This document shows, one piece after another, positions 24,793-38,056 of a stretch of DNA of 64,000 nucleotides. Source of the stretch: the human T2T-CHM13v2.0 reference genome, Homo sapiens. How positions within the stretch are numbered: position 1 is the first letter of the stretch; each line of letters begins with the position of its first letter. Under the pieces are notes generated by a model that worked only from the letters and a program-made list of their open reading frames with translations, was not told where the DNA came from and did not search any database. Where the stretch lies: NCBI RefSeq assembly GCF_009914755.1, contig NC_060930.1; one strand, given 5' to 3'. The position numbers were made by a program, and so were the translations under genes.

Positions 24793-25106
24793 TTTTTATT
24801 TTATTTTATTTTTTATTTATTTTATTTTATTATTATTTTTTTGAGACGGAGTCTCGCTATGTCGCCCAGGCAGGAGTGCAGTAGCGCTATCTGTAGCGCT
24901 CACTGTAAGCTCCGCCTCCCGGGTTCACACCACCGGAGCTGTGACTACAGGTGCCCACCACCACGCCTGGCTAATTTTTTGGATTTTTAGTAGAGACAGG
25001 GTTTCACCATGTTAGCCAGGATGGTCTCGATCTCCTGATCTCGTGATCCACCCGCCTCAGCCTCCCAAAGTGCTGGGATTACAGGCCTGAGCCACCGTGC
25101 CTGGCC
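24793..25106 (-). mobile_element. Alu (Y/Sc-like) with an internal deletion and (TTTTA)n tail
   Basis: AAGCTCCGCCTCCCGGGTTCAC, GTTAGCCAGGATGGTCTCGATCTCC; about 20 nt missing near 24932. Confidence 0.95.
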
Positions 25107-25927
25107 TCGTTTGCTTTATTTTTTAAGTACGTTTTTGATTCACTAGTATCTTGTCATGCCTGATAGTCTCTTTTAAAGTCTCTTTCCTGGTGGTTTTGCT
25201 GTGTAAATGAAAGAAAAACTCTGAGACCTGAACTCAAAATTTGAGGTATGAAAGCTAGTAGAGGCCAAATGAAATGCTCACAGATCGGCATATGTATGTT
25301 ACCACGTCACCATCAACTAAGCAACTGCTACGCTATTTCACTAAACTGAAAAAGGCATTTGTGTTGCCTGTTCTAATTTGTTTATGGTTGGATGTCTATC
25401 ATAGTATTTTCTATTATGTTGCTAGATAAAGACATTTTTAGAGTTTCACTGAATCTGCAAAGTGCTGGTGCATACTTTATGATAAAATAGCTAATGTCCT
25501 TTCATTAGTATAATGACATCTACTAACTACATCAGTTTGCAGAAAAATATTCTTACGAAAATAGTCCATAAAAGGGAGATTGGGTAGAAGCGGCTGATGA
25601 ACTGGTTACATTAACATGTGTTTCTTCACTGAATTTCGTATGGTTTCCCCTCTTCTTCTTATAAAACTCTATGGACTCTGGCAAACCCTTCATTCTTTTG
25701 CAGCCAAGCTCTCATTCAGGATAGAGGACACCTGAATTACATAAATCTCTATCACAAAGTTACAATTTCTGTGCAGAGCAAGAGCTGTCAGGAAAAAGGT
25801 AATGAAGAAGAATAGCTTAGACAGAGGGATTTAATGATATCCAGCTGCTATTCTTTGGTACTTGCTGATAAGACTTTGTTTTAAGTTTACAATAGAGAAA
25901 GTTTGGGAAAAGGCTAAAAATTCATAT

Positions 25928-25982
25928 ACAGGAAGTGGAAGTCTTTATATTTCATTTCAGTTTCCGCTAACTCTTGCAATTA
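25928..25982. promoter_or_regulatory. Candidate ETS + IRF/ISRE + C/EBP-like motif cluster
   Basis: CAGGAAGTGGAAGT (tandem GGAAGT), TTTCATTTCAGTTTCC (three GAAA on the minus strand), CTTGCAAT. Motif match only. Confidence 0.3.
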
Positions 25983-27079
25983 CGTTCATACAAAGTTTAA
26001 TTTTCAGAATGTTCAAATATGTCACTGTAAGTCTTTAAAAATAAAATGTAAATTGCATTAAAATGTGTAGAAATATTGTACCTTAGGGAAAAGACAACCA
26101 ATTTGGGCTCACCACATGTTCAGATGATAAGATAAACCTGGGAAAGTACAAGATTCTTAAATGTTTATTATAATTGTATGTCATCATTGTGGTGATTTTT
26201 CTGTATTTACAAAAGGGCAGGGGTGGGTGGAGGGAAAGTTCTTTGCCAATGGAAGGGACATAGCCGGTTCTTCAAAACATATAGTAAGTTAACATAAAAT
26301 TACAGAAATGTGGTCTTTGCAGAATGGGAAACCCTAAACAACTTACATTTTACTCAGGATTTAGATTCCATGACAATGTGGCCTTTTTGCTTCCTAATCT
26401 GTTACTTGCATACACGATGCTTAATGGCACGACTCAAAGTGTTGGTAAGTGTGGTGTACCCCCGTCCCGAATCCTGAATTTTCTGTGGACAGGAACACAT
26501 TTTAATAAACGCTTGCCTAGTAAAGGAAGTTACTGGGAAAATTCTCTGTGGGAGCCAAGCAATGAAGACTCTCTCAAGAACTTCGACATCTTATATGTGA
26601 ATACTGCACTCAATGGACTGACTGCCATAGGGGCCAAAGAGTTAAAGCGAAGGCACGATATTCTTTCAGGCTAATGAAGCCTTCCTGCTGGGAGTTCCTT
26701 CCCCAGTGAGTGGGAAAGACGCAGGATGAATGGCTGGGGCTTTGTGCACTTTCCCACAGGTCTGGACAGGATCTCCAGCTCAGCATCTACAGCTCAGGGA
26801 GGAAGGAGACCCAGGCCTCACAGGGAGCAGACAGGAGGACTAGGGGGACACTGCTCAGGCCGCCCACAGGCTCCACTGCCCACCAAGTGCTCTGAAAGGC
26901 TTGACAAATAAAAGCATTGCTATTTTTTTAAGGGCAAAAGGTGCATGAAGGTCAGTGGTAGGTACCTGTCTGGAGGCATTTTATGCTATTGGTGCAAACC
27001 TCCCACGAGTTGAACTTAAAGGAATGTTCCATCCTTGCAGGAAGTCTCCAGATACAGGAAATGCTAATAAAAGAAAAAG

Positions 27080-27130
27080 GGAGGAGGCTTTGCTCTCCTT
27101 TCCCAACTCAGCTCCTACAACATCTCACAT
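27080..27130 (+). repeat. 51-bp dispersed direct repeat, copy B
   Basis: GGAGGAGGCTTTGCTCTCCTTTCCCAACTCAGCTCCTACAACATCTCACAT. Confidence 0.92.
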
Positions 27131-30100
27131 TACAAATTTGCAAACTAATTACTTAGAGCCAGACATATTAAAAAATTTCCCTTTACAACTAAGTGAATAC
27201 AGAAGAGAATCAAAATAGAGCTCTTGGCTCCAGACTTAGATAGGGCTCTGAATTTAAAAGTCTAATTAAGGCAAATCATGTTTGCTATGTAGTTCTCTCA
27301 AACACTAGCATTATTGAAATTACTCCTAACAACTTAATTGATATAACCAATACCTCAAGTAAAGATCATGCAGTAATTAGTTCAGCCTGCAGAAGTTGGA
27401 GTATCAGGGATGATGAGGTTTTCTATAAAGGCTTTGGCTGTTTTTTTCCACATAAATTTACCTCTGTGAAATTTTGAGTTAGACAATTTTATTTTACACT
27501 GACTTGGCAATGCAAATAAAATATCGAAAATAGCTGAACTGTTATTAAATGGGATGATTTCTTGGTTAGTACTGTGATTGGTATGAAGAGCGGAGGAATT
27601 CCTCTTTTGTCTCTTTCCCTTGGAGCTCTCTATTGAAAGGAGAAAGGGGAGATGGCAGTATTTTATGAGTCATTCTTTGGAACAGCATTCCAAGTGTGAT
27701 TTACTTAATATAGCCCTATAAATCACCTAATGCAGAAACAATCTCAAGATCTGCATGTAAACATACCTATTAAAATATTACAATTACTCTGTTTGCTTAG
27801 TGCTCATAAGGTATATCTCATCTGAAGGTAAACAGCTTTTTCCCTGAGGTGGGACATCCAAAGGAGCGTCCAAATTACATGCCCATGTAAGGATGCTGAA
27901 CTTGAGAAAAATATCACATTACCTAAGTACAACGACAAGTGTTTGACTAGGAGAGGGACTATTATACCTTTAGCCGACATTTTTCTGCCTTCAATTTGCT
28001 GCTCTGGTTTGAAAATCCAATTCATCTAATTTCATAGTTGGCTACAGCACTGGTTGGTAATTATTAATCACAGAGAAAATTTTCAGCTCAGAAAAAAAAA
28101 AAGTGAGCATGTCTACATTTGTTTTAGTGATTTGCTCCGCAACAGCCAGAGGGCATTTATTTTTAAACAAGAAGTGAGCCAGGGGACCCAGATCTATATG
28201 CTTGTGGTACTGCTTATTTTTGGCTCATAAGACTTAACTTTCTTTAGTATGGTAATCTGTAACTGTAAGCAATCATCCTCCCGATTAGTACTGGGTTAAA
28301 AACTGTAAACCACCTACAATTACTAGCATGATCCCTAACCTCTGTAAGGTGGTAATCCAGTATTGGTTGTTAGCTGTCAAATTTATTTCCCTTTGGTGAA
28401 ATATACCCTGGATTTAATTAGCAGTCATTCTAGATACTTTATGGAGCTGAGCCCAAGCACTGTGGCTTTGACATTTAACCCCTGACCCTTAAATATTTAC
28501 CAGCTTTTAAACTGGTTGTGTACAATTATCCCTTCAAGTATATATCAGATCCATCATTCTGACCACTCTAGTCTATTCCAAGTCAGATGTACTATTCCAA
28601 CTGATGTTGTAATTTTCACCCTGGAAGTGGAAATAAAATCATGGGCTTCACAATGAGCTCTGTCAGGCAAAGCTGAAAGCACTTGTTACTAGATGCTACC
28701 CATGGAAGGGGCAGGGTGTGCTGCCAGTCAGGAGTCCCAGTGATGAGTGTGAGGAGCAGGCTGCAGCCGAGGGGACGTGGGTTGCTCTTTGGCTCTGGCC
28801 AGCCCTCTGCGCCTTTGTGGGATGCTTTAGAACCAGTTTCGTCTTCGGCTCGCAATCGTGAAAGGAATATTTTGGAAACTGTTTTCATTTGTTTGAAATC
28901 AACTTTATTGAGGTATGATTTGGGAAGTGTATTATTTAAATTTCCTTGAGGTTTCCTAGGCAGAAAATGCCTAGATAGAAGCAATGAGAGGCGAGGACTG
29001 CATTTTTTCTGCTATGGTGTAAAACTCTCACAGAATGTTACGCACAAAACCAGTGCACTTCAAATGTCACAGTTCTTGAAATGTATTTTAATCCAAAAGA
29101 TGGGCTAGAAAGGGCCCTCATTAGGCAATACCCACTTTAAAAAGATAAGTGAATGCTATTCTGTTGAGACTTTGCAAGACCTCCCACCTGGAAGGGGCAC
29201 CCAGGTCTCTAGTTCAGGAGTGGTACCACCCCTCTCACGCTCTGCCTCTCCTCACCCCTTCCAGAACATACATCACGTGCCTGGCACATAGTAGGTTCTC
29301 CAAAACTTTTTGAATGAGTGTTAAATAAACCCAGCAGTCATGAAAATGGCTTACAGAGGCAAACATGCCAACCAGAAATGTCAACTAGGCTTGTGCAAGT
29401 AAAAAGAAGAATGTTACTGGAAGTGAGAGAGTCCAAGCCAGGAAAACAGGAGCATGTATTGCTGATATCCAGCCCCCACACTATACCCCAGCAGAGAGGA
29501 AAGAGGGCAAGAGACGTATTTGCTGCTAGTGGGGAGCCCCTACGCTCAGTCTAAATTAGGGCCAGATGCTCGTTTTTGGCTACTCTAAGAAACCAAAGTG
29601 TGGGTCAGCCGCACTTCCAAGTGGAGCACTGAGTGGAGACCGGGCTCTGGTGGCCAGCTAATCCAGAAGCCTGCTTTCTCAAAGGAGCCAAAACTGGCAT
29701 GTGACTCTGCTAGACTTAAAAAAAGGAAAAATTTGTAGAATAGCCGTAATGTGTGGTCTTGAGGGTAATCTCAACAAACAGCGTTCGGGTTGGTTAAAAT
29801 GCCTCAGTGGCAGTTTGGAGCTCACCGGATCTGGCAGCCACTAATGACATTGTGAGGGCGACTGTTGCACCATCCAGCTACACTGTACACGTAATGCAAG
29901 TTACAAACAAACAGGACAGACGGAAACTTATGAGTCAAATTTTTTTCATGTTTCTGCCAGGTGGACACACTGCATAAACAGAATGTAGGTATCAGAGACT
30001 GAACTAGCTAGACATTTTTAATTCTCGGGATTTTTTTAAGCTTTGTTGACTAATGTTTTATAGTGATATAAAAAGATCCTATGTAGTAAAAGAATAAGGG

Positions 30101-31162
30101 TGGTAAGTCATGGGCATTTACCTTTAAGGAGTGCTAAAGTGCTGGAAGTGCTAAAAATCAAATGAACTCTCTCTCCTAGAATCCCTTGCTCTCAGAACAT
30201 CCCAAAATATTTCAAGGCGTTCCTTGTTTTCAGTTTGGTCTTAGTTCAGAGGTGAACTTTATGCAGGGAGGAGGTTGGCTTAAGCATATTTTAGTCCTTT
30301 GTAAGAAACATGATCCTGGAAAATAGTGTTTCCTCCCAAACTCTCACTGCAAAGTGAAACTTCTATCGAACCTAACAAACTCACAAGCTGATAACCAAAT
30401 GCTAACGTTTTTGAAATGATTGCTTCCTACTAAAGATCCATGTCACTGCTAATTAGAAATTACCAACTCATTTTTTTCCTCAAATAAGCATAATTGTTTA
30501 TTTAAAAGATTTCCAAAGATTAGGAAAGGGGACGCTATTAATATCAGAATGGGTAACACAACAAATTAACAATATTTTGCACATATATCCCTATTTTTGC
30601 TGTAGTGTCACTGCTATAGAAATTGTCTCTCTGTACAGGTACAGGTAGGTGGTGTTCATGTGTATGTTTGTGATGTAGAGACACAGATAGGAAGGGAGGA
30701 AGAACCATGAGGAAGGACGCTGACACAGGTGGTTCCAGTGGCTGGAGGACACGTGACTTGTTCATATCCACCACTTGACTGCTTTCTTCTCACTCACTTC
30801 TATCCCACTGGCCAGAACGTCCTGCAATGCCTATTTCCCTAAATGCCACTTCCTCTCCGTTTTTCCCACCATTGTCTTAACCAGGACCTTCCTCATATCT
30901 TCTCTGGATGCTCTCACAATTCGGAATGGCATTCAGACTTCTACGTGACACACATGGACTCTTCCCCAGGCTCATCCCCTGTGACTCTAACCATTCTCCA
31001 TATTCACATACTCACAGTTCCCTCTCAAAGGCTGTGTTCTCTCCCACTTCTGAACTTTCTGTATATGATGTTCCATCAACTTAAAATCTCCACCTCACCT
31101 CTTCCTAACTCTATTTATTCTTCAAAACCCAGCACAAAAATCCCCTCCTCCAAAAAGTCTTC

Positions 31163-31670
31163 TGTAGTGGCTTTGCTGTAGTGGTCGTTACAGTCCCACC
31201 TTCTCCTTTCTGAAGGGAACCCCACTGTAGTTTGGGTGTTTGTTCTTGCCCTTATGCATCAGGGAGGCTGCCCACAGCAGTAGCCTAAGGAAAGGCAATC
31301 CCAACTCCTCTGACTGGCAAATAGCCTGGGTCTGGATATATGACCCAACTCTAGCTAGGGAGATGGGAGAGGAGGCCTGCTGAGGACTTCAGGAAAGGCC
31401 AGGGAAGTCACTCTGTTTCTCCAAATGGAGAAGAATGTGACTCCAACTGCTGCTGGCAGCCGACTTATAGCCACAGCAGGGACCAGTCTGGGGATGATGT
31501 CAATACTGTGGACAGCAAAGAGAAGCCTGGGTCCTAGATGACTCTGTATTAGCCAACTGCAAATCCCAGCCTACCTCCAAATGTCGGATTACAGGAGACA
31601 ATACATTTTTTAAGGTTAAAGCCAATTTGATTCAAATTTTCTGTTACTTGAAGCTAAAAATATCCTATTT
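31163..31670 (+). mobile_element. MLT1-family (ERVL-MaLR) solo LTR
   Basis: TATGACCCAACTCTAGC...GCTGCTGGCAGCC...CCTGGGTCCTAGATGAC...TTAAAGCCA...TTTTCTGTTACTTGAAGCTAAAAATATCCTA. Confidence 0.8.
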
Positions 31671-31772
31671 TGAGGGGTGGGGATAGGGGATAAACTGCCT
31701 AGTATTTCTTGCTTTCAAAGGTTGCAATGAGGTACAGAGGCTCACATTGTATATTTTAAATAAGAAAATTTC

Positions 31773-32101
31773 AGCCAGGAGCCGTGGCTCACACCTGTAA
31801 TCCCAGCACTTTGGGATGCCAAGGCAGGTGGATTGCTTGAGCTCAGGCATTCGAGACCAGCCTGGGCAACATGGTGAAACCACATTGCTACCAAAAATTA
31901 GCTGGACATGGTGGTGCACACCTGTAGTCCCGGCTACTTAGGAGGCTGAGGTGGGAGGGTCAGTGAGCCCAGGAGGCGGAGGTTGCAGTGAGTGAGCTGA
32001 AATCGTGTCACTGCTCTCCAGCCTGAGCAACAGAGTAAGACCCTGCATCAAATAAAATAAAATAAAATAAAATAAAATAAAATAAAATAAAATAAAATAA
32101 A
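31773..32101 (+). mobile_element. Alu, AluJ-like, with ~10 copies of (TAAAA) as tail
   Basis: Dimer. Degenerate TSD AAGAAAATTTC / AAGAGAATTTC. Confidence 0.95.
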
Positions 32102-32435
32102 GAGAATTTCTACCTGGATTCTGCCTGGTTGGTACAGAACAGACAGTACAGATTATGAGGGTTATGAGCCGCTGACCAGTGAGCCAACATCACTGTCCAT
32201 ACCCAAGGGGATGGCCCTCAGATTGGCAGTAGGTGCTGGTCTCAAGCAGGCAGGCCCACTCATGCACAAAGCAGGCCATGGCCATGTGGATCAAAAGGAA
32301 ATGTCTGTCAACTTCTCTGGGTCTCTGGACTCCTATGTTAGAAAAGAAGCTACATCAATGTACAGTATAAGGTGTGAGAACAACAAAATAAAAAAGACCA
32401 GAGCCCTATAGGGTCTCTCTTAAATGTAAGGAGCA

Positions 32436-32734
32436 GGCCAGGAATGGTGGCTCACGCCTGTAATCCCAGCACTTTGGGAGGCCAAAGTAGGTAGATCACT
32501 CAAGCTCATGAGTTTGAGACCAGCCTGGGCAACATGGCGAAACCTTATCTCTACTGAAAATACAAAAATTAGCTGGGTGTGGTGGCACGCACCTGTAGTC
32601 CCAGTTACCCAGGAGGCTGAGGCACGAGAATCACTTGAACCCATGAGGTGGAGGTTGCGCTGAGCAGAGATCGTGCCACTGCAACTCCAGCCTGGATGAC
32701 AGAGTGAGACCCTGCCTCAAATAAATAAATAAAT
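32436..32734 (+). mobile_element. Alu (J or old S) with (TAAA)n tail
   Basis: GGCCAGGAATGGTGGCTCACGCCTGTAATCCC... Confidence 0.95.
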
Positions 32735-32989
32735 GCATGCATGCGTGGAGTATGTTGGTTAAAGCCAACCTTTGCTGAGAACAGGGTAGCCTCTGATGCT
32801 GCCATGCTCCATCCCACCAGGCCCCTCCAAAAGAAGAAAGGGGAGAACTGAGGCCATAGCGTCTGCATGATCTGTCAGAAATGCAGGAGAGCTGTGGTGT
32901 CGGCTTGTCGGCAAGAGACTTCAACTCGCCCTCAGCATCTCTCTTCTCACCTTGTTCACAGGGTGCGCTTTCAATGTGAGGATATAAGT

Positions 32990-33200
32990 AATCACAATAG
33001 CAACAACTACTACTTACGGAATATCTATCATGTGCTGGCACTGTGTTAGGAGCTTTAGATATACTGACAGATCGAATTCCCATGATAATCCCATTCACTA
33101 GGGCTTATTATCCCCAAAGTCCACAATTGGTTGAATAGCAGAGCTGGGGTTTATATGCAAGTTTGTCTCTAAACCCTGTATTTTTCCTAGTGTGGTATAT
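32990..33200 (-). mobile_element. MIR
   Basis: TACTTACGGAATATCTATCATGTGCTGGCACTGTGTTAGGAGCTTTA...GCAGAGCTGGGGTTT. Confidence 0.7.
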
Positions 33201-34538
33201 TACCTAAATAAAATGAAGCTTAAAAAAATCTAAAGTAGAATGAATTTTTCTCAAAGAAAAGACTAGGATGAAAACTTACTGACTACTGAGTGGATTGTAT
33301 GTACTTGGATTGTACATTTAATGTTGTGATTTGGTCTTTAAAAATAGTATTACAGCAAACCTACCTCAAACAGTTTTTACCTATGTCAGGATTAAACTTA
33401 AAATTCTTGGCATACCATACTTTTTGCATTCAGCTTGAATTTTCAGACTTAATGCTTGGCATATTTATTACAGTTAGCTTGAGTTTTCCTAAAATCAATT
33501 ATAAATAGCCTTCATTATCTGAGAAAATATTTCAAAACTTTGTAACAAGAAACATTAACAACCTACACCTTTTTTCCTGGATCTGAGAAAAAAAAACCTG
33601 ATTTTAGCAGTGTCTTCTCTTGTGTTTAAAATATTTGGGTCTGCAATCATGACAAAGAAAATGGAAGTTCAAGCTGCACCTATCTAGCAACTTTCAGTGA
33701 CATTAACAGATGAAAGTGCATCTCGAAATGACTTTTGGCTCAAGAACAAATATATACTTTTATAAATAGGTTAGCTTCTTTCTCAGACAACTTCATTTAA
33801 CTAGAAGAAATTAACGACAGAGAGTTACAACTGTAACCTGAGGGTAACACTTCTTTATAAGAATGGATAATAACTAAATGAGTGGCCCTATTCAGGAAGG
33901 AAAATTTGGCCTCAGAAGAAATCCTTAGGTTTTACTGTACCAGTCTGTAAGTGCTGCTAAAGCTCAGTGCATTTAGATCATGTACTCTTAATATTTTTCT
34001 CATGTTCAAACTGATGATGAAATGTGACTCTGGTTACAGGAGGAAAGTAGAAACATCTGAAATAATGGCAAGACAAATTGTTTTCATATCACACAGCATT
34101 TTACATCTGAGATTGAGGCAATTTGTCAATGTCATCATCTGACTCTCTAATGATTCCTCTATTGTACATTAAAAGTAAAATAAGTGACTTATATAAGGTC
34201 ACAGACTGAGTTAATGGCAGAAAGTGTAATGGGTTTCACGGTCATAGTTTATTATCCCATATTCAACATTGTACTTATGCTTTTAGAGGAAGAAAAGGAT
34301 ACCCAGATTCTCTTTGTACCATTTATCAGTGATGAGCATATATATATAAAACATAGATCTTGTAGAAAATGCACATTGAAGATTATAGTAGAATAACTAT
34401 CTGGTCCAGTTTTATTAGCCAACCACTTCACGGCTTATAAACATTAAATGAATATCTAGCATATGTTGAGACATTCTCAGGTGGCTCTCTACTACTTTAA
34501 ATTCTTCACAGGGTACCCTTCCTCTGAATGCTGTAAGT

Positions 34539-34872
34539 CAGCGGTCCCCATCCTTTTTGGCACCAGGGACTGGTTTTGTGGAAGACAATTTTTCCACGGA
34601 CTGGGGGTGTGGGGCGATGGTTTTGGGATGAAACTGTTCCACCTCAGATCATCAGGCATTAGATTTTCATAAGGAGCGCATAACCTAGCTCTCTTGCATG
34701 CACAGTACACAATAGAGGCTGTGCTATGAGAATCTAATGCTACCACTGATCTGACAGGAGGTGGCACTCAGGAGGTAAGGCTTTTCCACCACTCACCTCC
34801 TGCTGTGCGGCCTGGTTCCTAACAGGCCATGGACCAGTACTGGTCTGTGGCTCAGGGGGTTGGGGACCCCTG
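34539..34872. mobile_element. MER1B (hAT-Charlie), full length
   Basis: CAGCGGTCCCCATCCTTTTTGGCACCAGGGAC...GAAACTGTTCCACCTCAGATCATCAGGCATTAG...GGTTGGGGACCCCTG. Degenerate TSD CTGTAAGT / CTGTTAAG. Confidence 0.92.
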
Positions 34873-35030
34873 CTGTTAAGTCCTCATAGCAATATTCAGG
34901 CATGAGGACATAGTGGAGTAGCATTGAATCCTTGGCCTGAAGCATATGATCCCTGGGATACCAGGTGTCCTGTGGTCTTTTTGATAATATTAGATGGGGA
35001 GTCAAGGTCCAGGGCCAGACACCATGTTTC

Positions 35031-35342
35031 TTTTTTTTTTTTTTTTTTTTCCTCCTTGAGACAAGGTCTCTTTGCTCTGTGACCCAGGCTGGAGTGCAGT
35101 GCCACAATCACAGCTCAATGCAGCCTCAACCTCCCAGGCTCAAGTGATCCTCCCACCACAGCCTCCCAAGTAGTGGGGGCTATAGGTGTGTGCCGCCATG
35201 TCCAGCTAAATTTTGTATTTTTCGTAGAGACAGGGTTTTGCCATGTTGCCCAGGCTGGTCTTGAACTCCTGGGCTCAAGTGATCCACTTGCCTTGGCCTC
35301 CCAAAGTGTTGGGATTACAGGTGTGAGCCACTGTGTCCAGCC
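35031..35342 (-). mobile_element. Alu, AluJ-like
   Basis: TSD AGACACCATG(T/A)TTCT at 35017 and 35343. Confidence 0.96.
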
Positions 35343-36014
35343 AGACACCATGATTCTAATGCCCTTTTTCTCTCTAAAATTCTCAATATCAATAAAAGGA
35401 AACAAAACTACTACAATATTGGGTTAGAGTGAACCATAGTTTATAAAAAACAATGAATAAGTTTCTCTCCATTGATAGGAAAGATGGGAAAACTCTAAGA
35501 GGCTGGCAGGGACAGGGAAACGATATGGAAGCCATGGGAACATGGAAAGAGAAGCTATGCTCTACATTCTTTCCAATCCTAGATTGTGAACCTCTGTTTC
35601 CCCCAATGAAGGTGAAAATTGCAAACCGTACTCTGAAAGACAAGGGCTAGGCAAAGCAACGTACTGAGGGGAACACTCAGTGACAGTGAGAGATGTGGCC
35701 AGAAGACTGTGTGTACCGGAAAGCAAAGCCTCAGGGCAGCATTTGAGCAGGTATTTTACAAACACTTAGAACATTTATGTACAGCTCATATCTTTTAGGA
35801 TGTATCAAATATATCACTGTGGACTCTACTAAACCAAGGAGGCAAAAACTCCAGCAAAACAATGACAAGTATGAAGCTGGAGAAGACTCCTGATAATGAC
35901 TAAGGTGCAGGGGGAGAAACAGCAGATGAAATCATGCTTGACCTTTCAGATGTATTGAAATAGAATTATGATGTACCTTTTACTGGGGAGAGGGTAAATA
36001 TTTCCCCCACCCCC

Positions 36015-36298
36015 TTTTTAAAATAAAAGACGGTCTTGCTCTGCCACCTAGGCTGGTGTGCAGTGGTGCAATCATAGCTCACTGCAGTCTACCACTCCTG
36101 GGCTCAAGTATCCTCCTGCCTAAACCTCCCTAGTAGCTGGGACTACAGGTACAAGCCACCACGCCTGGCTAATTTTCTTATATTTTGTAGAGACAGGGTC
36201 TTCCTGTGTTGCTCAAGCTGGTCTGAAACTCCTGGGCTCAAGTGATCCTCTTGCCTTGGCCTCCTGAAGATTACAGGTATGAGCCACGGCACCTGCCC
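36015..36298 (-). mobile_element. Alu, AluJ-like
   Basis: TSD AGGGTAAATATT at 35991 and 36300. Confidence 0.93.
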
Positions 36299-36439
36299 TA
36301 GGGTAAATATTCTTTAAGAAATCTAGAAGATGGTGAGAAAAATCATGGGGGAACAACAATGAAATAGTCATTCATGGCAATTTTCAGAAGATCCAAGTAA
36401 CAGAAGCCTATTCAGTCTGTCTTGGAGCGGTTTTAAATA

Positions 36440-37800
36440 CCATCACCTCAGTGGACATTCATCTCTAATTCCATTCCCTAAGTTCCCTTGCACATGTCCC
36501 ATGCTTACTAATCTCTCCACACCAATACCAACCAACACTTCAATCTCAGTGTGTCCAATACAGAACTCAGCTACTTTCTGCAGAATGTGTCAACCTATGT
36601 TTCATAGATAGAAATATTAATATTAGTAATCCGAATGTACCACATGCCCCTATTAGGAAGGTTTACAACCTTGGAGTCATTCTTAATTCATTTTTCACTT
36701 TGCCCCAATACTAATCAGTTGGTAAGTTCTACACAGTGTCTACCCAGGCAACATCTCTGTCAACCAGGCTGATATTTTGGTTTGTGCGGTCTGGGTGTTC
36801 GAGTACACTGAAATAGACTTGGTGAGGGTGTACTGTCTAACGGGAAGATCAGCACTTTAGGAGGAGGAAAGAGTGAGACGAGATATATGAAAGAGAAGTA
36901 TAAGACACCCTGGGAGTGTACGGCCAAGGCATTAAGCCAAACCATGGGTGCTGGAGAAGCCTCTCCAAGGAAGTGACATCGAAATGAGACTTGAAGGATG
37001 TGAGGTAGAAGGCAGGCACTGCTGTTAGTTTGTCTCCAAAAATCTACCACAAATCATCTCAATTTCCAATCTTCATAGATCCACACCGGCTACAGAGTGA
37101 AGCGTGGACTTCTCACCTTTGCATGTAAAATCTCCAAGACCAGGTCCCAACGTACCGCCCCATTTCATCATCTACCGCTTGTAGAGTCACAGTGCTCCGT
37201 TATGTAGCCTCTGCTCATGGCCCTGTTTCCAACCTCTGTGCCTCTGCTCATCTGTTCCCACCACCCAGAATCCCAGGTGATTAAACGCCACTTATCCTTC
37301 ATGCTCAGCTCAGTTGGCAACTTCTCCACAAAATCTCTATGGATTCCTGGCCTCCCATCACACCCTGGCTCCTACTGCCTTTAAAGCAAAAAGCACTTTA
37401 TCCTTATTCTGAAAACTCTCGTCACCTCTCTTGACATTGACTACTCTCTGTCTTGGGTACCTTATACAATTTGATTTAACAAAGTTTTTTGGTTTTCTTG
37501 TTTTGTTTTGTTTCTAAGTGACAACCATGTGCCCAGCAGAATGCTGTAAGCTAATGTTTGAGTAAAAGATGGTGAATTCCAACTTGGTTGCTCTGTGCTT
37601 GAAAGAGCTTTTGAAGATAGTGGGGTGGGAACGTCCAGAGGGCAGGACTGCATAGGGCTGGACTTCATGGAGTGGTCTGGGCTGAAGACAAGAATTTGTA
37701 AGTAATGATGGTGCACATGGCTGTTGAGGGTCCCATGAGTGTAGGCATCACCTAGGAGGGTGTGTGAAGTATAGTGAAGTGGGCTGATAGGGAGGGATGG
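36440..37800. mobile_element. Cluster of degenerate L2 fragments in both orientations
   Basis: CTTGGAGTCATTCTTAATTC (+), CCTCTCCAAGGAAGTGACATCGAAATGAGACTTGAAGGATG (-), GGTCTGGGCTGAAGACAAGAATTTG (-). Confidence 0.5.
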
Positions 37801-37827
37801 GTGAGCATACACTGTCTCTTCTACTAG

Positions 37828-38056
37828 CACAGTTTTTCAGCAGTGGCATCACTGACGTTTTGGGCCAGATAGTTCTTTGTTGTGGGGGCTTTCCTGTGAC
37901 TGCAGGATGTGTAGCAGCATACCTGGCCTCAACCACTAGATGACAGTGGCAACTACCTCCCTGTTCCCCATCCCTCAGTTATAACAATCAAACCTGTCTC
38001 CAGACATTGCTAAAACTCCCCTGGGGGACAAAATTGCCACCATTTGAGCACTGCTG
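37828..38056 (-). mobile_element. MER20
   Basis: ACTGACGTTTTGGGCCAGATAGTTCTTTGTTGTGGGGG...TGTCTCCAGACATTGC...CCCCTGGGGGACAAAATTGCC. Confidence 0.9.

Noticed and set aside
26324-26674. 116-aa ATG-initiated ORF
   Set aside because: No recognisable domain and no supporting promoter or splice context. The length is compatible with chance in 64 kb over six frames.
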